A DNA stretch of 64,000 nt, taken from positions 608,001-672,000 of the forward strand of contig CAWKNZ010000002.1 of assembly GCA_963851265.1 (NCBI GenBank), written 5' to 3'. The position numbers were made by a program, and so were the translations under genes. The notes under the pieces were generated by a model that saw only the letters and a list, made by a program, of their open reading frames with translations, was not told the origin of the DNA and made no database searches. Position 1 is the first letter of the stretch, and the number at the start of each line of letters is the position of its first letter. This DNA is from an uncultured Gemmatimonadales bacterium (GTDB lineage: Bacteria > Gemmatimonadota > Gemmatimonadetes > Gemmatimonadales > Gemmatimonadaceae). This document shows positions 56,166-64,000 of this stretch, in pieces.

Positions 56166-57053
56166 ATGACCGACGTCAAGCGGAAGCGGCGCCGAGCGGC
56201 CCCGGCGGGCATCGCGCCGAGCGAGCCCGAACGGGACATCCTCGACCAGTACCTGTACGAGGTCAGCACGTACCCGCTTCTCAAGGGCGACGAGGAAATC
56301 CAGCTCGCCCGAAAGATCCGGGCGGGCGACCCGGACGCGTTGCAGGAGCTCGTGAAGCGCAACCTCCGCTTCGTCATCTCCGTCGCCAAGAAGTACCAGA
56401 ATCGCGGGCTGCCGCTCATCGACCTCATCGGGGAGGGCAACGTCGGGCTGCTCACGGCCGCCCGAAAGTTCGATCCCGATCAGGGCGTGAAGTTCATCTC
56501 GTACGCGGTGTGGTGGATCCGCCAGGCGATCCTCTCGTCGCTCGCGCGGCAGGGGCGTACGGTGCGCGTGCCGCTCAACCGTACGGCCGATCTCTCGCGC
56601 ATCATCAAGGCGTCCGAGATCCTGCGACAGAAGCTCCGCCGCGAGCCCTCACCCGAAGAGCTCTCGCAGCTCACGGGGCTCTCGGTCGACGTCGTGCAGT
56701 CGCTCGCCGCGCTCAACACGGGCGACGTCCGCCTCGACGCGCCGATGGACCCTGAGGGCGACCGCTCGCTCATCGAGCGCTTCGTCGCCGACGAGATGCC
56801 CGACACGGAGGAGGAAGCGATGAACCGCTTCCTCACCGACGAGATCGACGCGGCGCTCAACACGCTGCCGCCTCGTGATGCGAAGGTGCTGCGCCTCTAC
56901 TTCGGGCTCGAAGGGGGGCGCGAGCATACGCTCGAAGAGATCGGCTCGCTTCTCGGCGTCACGCGCGAGCGCGTGCGCCAGTTGCGCGACCGCGCGCTCA
57001 AGCGCCTTCGCGAAGGGGACGTCGGCCGGGCGCTCGGCTCTTTCGCGGCGTAA
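56166..57053 (+). CDS. Sigma-70 family RNA polymerase sigma factor (short RpoD/RpoS-like, no region 1.1)
   Basis: NLRFVISVAKKY, DLIGEGNVGL, FISYAVWWIRQ, TLEEIG..GVTRERVRQ. Confidence 0.95.
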   Translation: MTDVKRKRRRAAPAGIAPSEPERDILDQYLYEVSTYPLLKGDEEIQLARKIRAGDPDALQELVKRNLRFVISVAKKYQNRGLPLIDLIGEGNVGLLTAARKFDPDQGVKFISYAVWWIRQAILSSLARQGRTVRVPLNRTADLSRIIKASEILRQKLRREPSPEELSQLTGLSVDVVQSLAALNTGDVRLDAPMDPEGDRSLIERFVADEMPDTEEEAMNRFLTDEIDAALNTLPPRDAKVLRLYFGLEGGREHTLEEIGSLLGVTRERVRQLRDRALKRLREGDVGRALGSFAA

Positions 57054-57233
57054 GGCCGCGTTCGAGAGAGGACGCCCGGGCCACGGCCCGGGCGTCGCCG
57101 AGGGGGCGGGCGCTGCGGCGGGATCGCGCGGCGCCCGCCTCCTCGTGTCCGGTCGCCTCCTCGCGGCCCGACTACTACCCGTGCACGGGACCGCGCGATT
57201 AGTTCCGCGGGTCGCCCACCCTCGTCGCCGCGC

Positions 57234-58088
57234 ATGATCCAGCTCAAGAACGTCTACAAGGCCTTCGGCCCGAAGGAGATCCTGCGCGGGTTCACGCTCG
57301 ACGTGCCCGACAACGAGACGGTCGTGATCATCGGCTACTCGGGGACGGGCAAGAGCGTCGCGATCAAGCACATCGTCGGGCTGCTCCAGCCCGACCGTGG
57401 AGAGGTCTGGGTCGACGGCCAGCGCGTCGACACGCTGCAGCGCAAGCAGCTCTACGCGCTGCGCGCGAAGATCGGCTACGTGTTCCAGTTCGCCGCGCTG
57501 TTCGACTCGAGCACGATCGGCGAGAACGTGTCGATGGGACTGCGCAAGCAGGGCGGCCTGACCGAGGGCGAGATCCGTTCGCGCGTCGCAGAGGCGCTCG
57601 AGCTCGTGGACCTGCCGGGCGTCGAGAACCGATTTCCGGCCGAGCTGTCGGGCGGGATGCGCAAGCGCGTCGGGATCGCGCGCTCGATCGCGCTGCGGCC
57701 CAAGTACCTGCTCTACGACGAGCCGACAACCGGTCTCGATCCGGTGACGAGTGCCGTGATCGACCAGCTCATGGTGCGGATGCGCGAGAAACTCGGCGTC
57801 ACCGGCGTCGTGATCACGCACGACATGCGGAGTGCGTTCACCGTCGGCACCCGCATCGCGATGCTCTACGAGGGGCGCGTGCGGTGGCAGGGGACGATCG
57901 ACGAGATCCAGCACACCACCGACCCGGTCGTGCGGCAGTTCGTCGAGGGCAAGCCGACGCTCGACGCGGGCGACGCCGATCCCGACGCGCCGACGTCGGG
58001 GCCGACGGGCATTGGAGGGAAGGACGCGCTCGCGGACGTGGACGGCGCCGGGCAGGCCGACCGCGAAGCCGACCGGGCGGCCGCGTGA
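57234..58088 (+). CDS. MlaF-like ABC transporter ATP-binding protein
   Basis: GYSGTGKS, FQFAALFDS, LSGGMRKRVGIAR, DEPTTGLDP. Confidence 0.92.
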   Translation: MIQLKNVYKAFGPKEILRGFTLDVPDNETVVIIGYSGTGKSVAIKHIVGLLQPDRGEVWVDGQRVDTLQRKQLYALRAKIGYVFQFAALFDSSTIGENVSMGLRKQGGLTEGEIRSRVAEALELVDLPGVENRFPAELSGGMRKRVGIARSIALRPKYLLYDEPTTGLDPVTSAVIDQLMVRMREKLGVTGVVITHDMRSAFTVGTRIAMLYEGRVRWQGTIDEIQHTTDPVVRQFVEGKPTLDAGDADPDAPTSGPTGIGGKDALADVDGAGQADREADRAAA

Positions 58089-58095
58089 ACGCGTC

Positions 58096-58758
58096 ATGAA
58101 CTGCGGCGACGCGCGCGAGGAGGTGTCGGCCGGCGGCATCGTGTTCCGGTACGAGCGGACCGACGCCGGCGCGCTCCGCCCGGTATTTCTGCTGATCCGC
58201 GACAGCTACCGGAACTGGGGTTTCCCGAAGGGGCACCTCGAGGCGGGGGAGGGCCCGCAATGCGCGGCGGTGCGCGAGGTGGCGGAAGAGACCGGGCTCG
58301 ACGGCCTCGTCGTCCACGGCGCGATCGCGACGATCGACTGGTACTTCCGCTTCCGCGGCCGGCTCGTGCACAAGGTGTGTCACTTCTTCCTCATGCGCAC
58401 CGACTGCGCGGCGACGTGTCCGCAGCGCGACGAGGGGATCACCGCCTGCCGTTGGGCGCCGTACGAGGAAGCAATCACGCTCGTGAGCTACGCGAACGCG
58501 CGGCTGGTGCTCGAGCGCGCGCACGCGATGGTGCAGGCCGCGGCCGTCGAGGCCGAAGCCCGTGCCGTCGAGTGCGCGCGTGCGCGAGGCGCCCCGCGAC
58601 ACGGCCCGAGATTCCGGGCGCGACTTGCTGTCCGGCGTTGTATCTCCGATGCGCTTGTGATTATTTTCACAAGCTCGCGGCGCGTGTTCGACGGCGCCTC
58701 GCGACGGCCCAATCACACCGCGGCGTCCGGCAATCCGGACCCCGTCAACACTACCTGA
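58096..58758 (+). CDS. NUDIX hydrolase (Ap4A hydrolase-like)
   Basis: SAGGIV, WGFPKGHLEAGE...AAVREVAEETG Nudix box. Confidence 0.88.
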   Translation: MNCGDAREEVSAGGIVFRYERTDAGALRPVFLLIRDSYRNWGFPKGHLEAGEGPQCAAVREVAEETGLDGLVVHGAIATIDWYFRFRGRLVHKVCHFFLMRTDCAATCPQRDEGITACRWAPYEEAITLVSYANARLVLERAHAMVQAAAVEAEARAVECARARGAPRHGPRFRARLAVRRCISDALVIIFTSSRRVFDGASRRPNHTAASGNPDPVNTT

Positions 58759-58788
58759 CGCCCCCCACGGGGCTCTTCGCGCGACGTC

Positions 58789-62821
<4,033 letters not shown>

Positions 62822-62825
62822 CGCC

Positions 62826-63083
62826 GTGTTGCGCGTGTCGGTGATTTCCCCGGAGCGGGTGCTGTTCGAGGGCGAGGTACGCGGGCTCGTCGCCCCGGCG
62901 TTCGACGGCGAGGTCGGGATCCTCACCGGGCACGCGCCGATGATGACGCTGCTCGGGCGCGGCGACCTGCGGCTGAGCGGCGCGACCGGCGACGGTCCGC
63001 AGCGATTTCGCATCGAAGGCGGGTTCCTGCAGGTCGTCGACGATCAGGTGCGCATCGTGACGGAGCGCGCCGAAGCGATCTGA
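62826..63083 (+). CDS. atpC: ATP synthase F1 subunit epsilon (N-terminal beta-sandwich only)
   Basis: VISPERVLF, GEVGILTGHAP, GGFLQV; 85 aa. Confidence 0.92.
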   Translation: MLRVSVISPERVLFEGEVRGLVAPAFDGEVGILTGHAPMMTLLGRGDLRLSGATGDGPQRFRIEGGFLQVVDDQVRIVTERAEAI

Positions 63084-63134
63084 TCCACATCTGATCAGCG
63101 TGCGGCGCGGCAGAACCGCCGCGGCTGCATAGTC

Positions 63135-63177
63135 ATCCGAAAAGGCCGAGCGCTCGAGCGCTCGGCCTTTTTCGGAT
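63135..63177. terminator. Bidirectional-type intrinsic terminator after atpC
   Basis: AAAAGGCCGAGCGCTC|GAGCGCTCGGCCTTTT palindrome flanked by A and T tracts. Confidence 0.88.
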
Positions 63178-63414
63178 CTGTACGAATCCGCGCGGAACAA
63201 ACATGCGGATCGGGGGTGACGCGTCTCGCACCGTCGAGGTCTCCCGCCTACAGGGTGCCTCGGCCGTATGGGAACGTACGGCCGAGGTCGCCCTGTCCGG
63301 GCATCGTCCCGGCCCGCCTGCGATACGACCGGACTCGGAGTATGCAGTCTCCGTGCATGGTCATGCTGTCGCACCACGAAGCACCCTTCCCACAGGTGCA
63401 CGGAGGATGAACGG

Positions 63415-64000
63415 ATGACGCGCAGGGCAACGCGGTTCATCGCGACCACGATCGGACTGGCGCCCGCGGCGCTGGTCGCGCAGACGACGACGGGGAGCAT
63501 CTCGGGGCGTGTGACCGATCGGTCGAACGGGCTACCGGTCCCGTCGGCCCAGGTCCAGCTCGTCGGAACGCAGCGCGGGTCGGCGACCAACGAGAACGGG
63601 ACGTTCCGAATTGCCGGGGTGGCAGCTGGGTCGTACCAGCTGCGCATCATCCGGATCGGGTACGTGGCGCAGACCGTGGCGGTCCAGATCGGCGCCGGCC
63701 AGGCGAACGCGCAGGTGTCGGTCGCGCTCGCGACGTCGAACGTGAGCCTCGAGCAGGTGGTGGTCACGGCGACCGGGCCGCAGTCGCGGCGGCAGTTCGC
63801 GAACGTGGTCGCTCAGGTGCAGGCCGACTCGGTGCTGCGCACGGCGCCGGCGACGAACGTGAACGAGTTGCTGCAGGCGCGCACCCCGGGGGTGCAGGTC
63901 ATCCAGGGGTTCGGGCAGACTGGCTCGTCGTCGTCGATCCGCATCCGCGGCACGAGCTCGCTATCGCTCAGCAACGAGCCGCTCATCATCGTCGACGGCG
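63415..64000 (+). CDS. SusC/RagA-like TonB-dependent outer membrane receptor (5' part only)
   Basis: GGAGGA RBS; signal peptide; carboxypeptidase-regulatory-like domain GSISGRVTD; LEQVVVTATG; plug motif IRIRGTSSLSLSNEPLIIVDG. Confidence 0.9.
   Translation, partial: MTRRATRFIATTIGLAPAALVAQTTTGSISGRVTDRSNGLPVPSAQVQLVGTQRGSATNENGTFRIAGVAAGSYQLRIIRIGYVAQTVAVQIGAGQANAQVSVALATSNVSLEQVVVTATGPQSRRQFANVVAQVQADSVLRTAPATNVNELLQARTPGVQVIQGFGQTGSSSSIRIRGTSSLSLSNEPLIIVDG

Overview
High-GC (roughly 70-75% by eye) bacterial chromosomal window made up mostly of housekeeping genes. Gene content suggests Gemmatimonadota, but this is inference and not verified. In order it contains: a yebC-ruvCA...ruvB...queA-tgt-yajC cluster interrupted by extra genes; an MsbA/GT/LpxL envelope operon; tyrS; PBP1A; ilvE; an HNH nuclease; a sensor kinase / sigma-54 regulator / DUF4390-like operon; a NYN-LOTUS protein with mpg; tdh-ankyrin-kbl; mutM; an RlmI-like methyltransferase; a stand-alone 23S-5S rRNA unit with no 16S; rho-ruvX-mltG; six tRNAs; a sigma-70 factor; atpAGDC; and the start of a SusC-like TonB receptor. 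I saw no CRISPR array, integrase or transposase. The most notable signals are: (1) a sigma-54 response regulator fused in frame, through a shared 'MRRL' segment, to a signal peptide and an outer-membrane beta-barrel (candidate regulator-OMP polyprotein); (2) a non-palindromic motif CGTTAGG(C)/(G)CCTAACG found 16 times, which places rare TTA codons even in atpD (DUS/HIP-like); (3) an unlinked 23S-5S unit with its own promoter and processing stalk; (4) a structured 700-bp intergenic region upstream of tdh with a perfect 52-bp palindrome and a candidate ncRNA.
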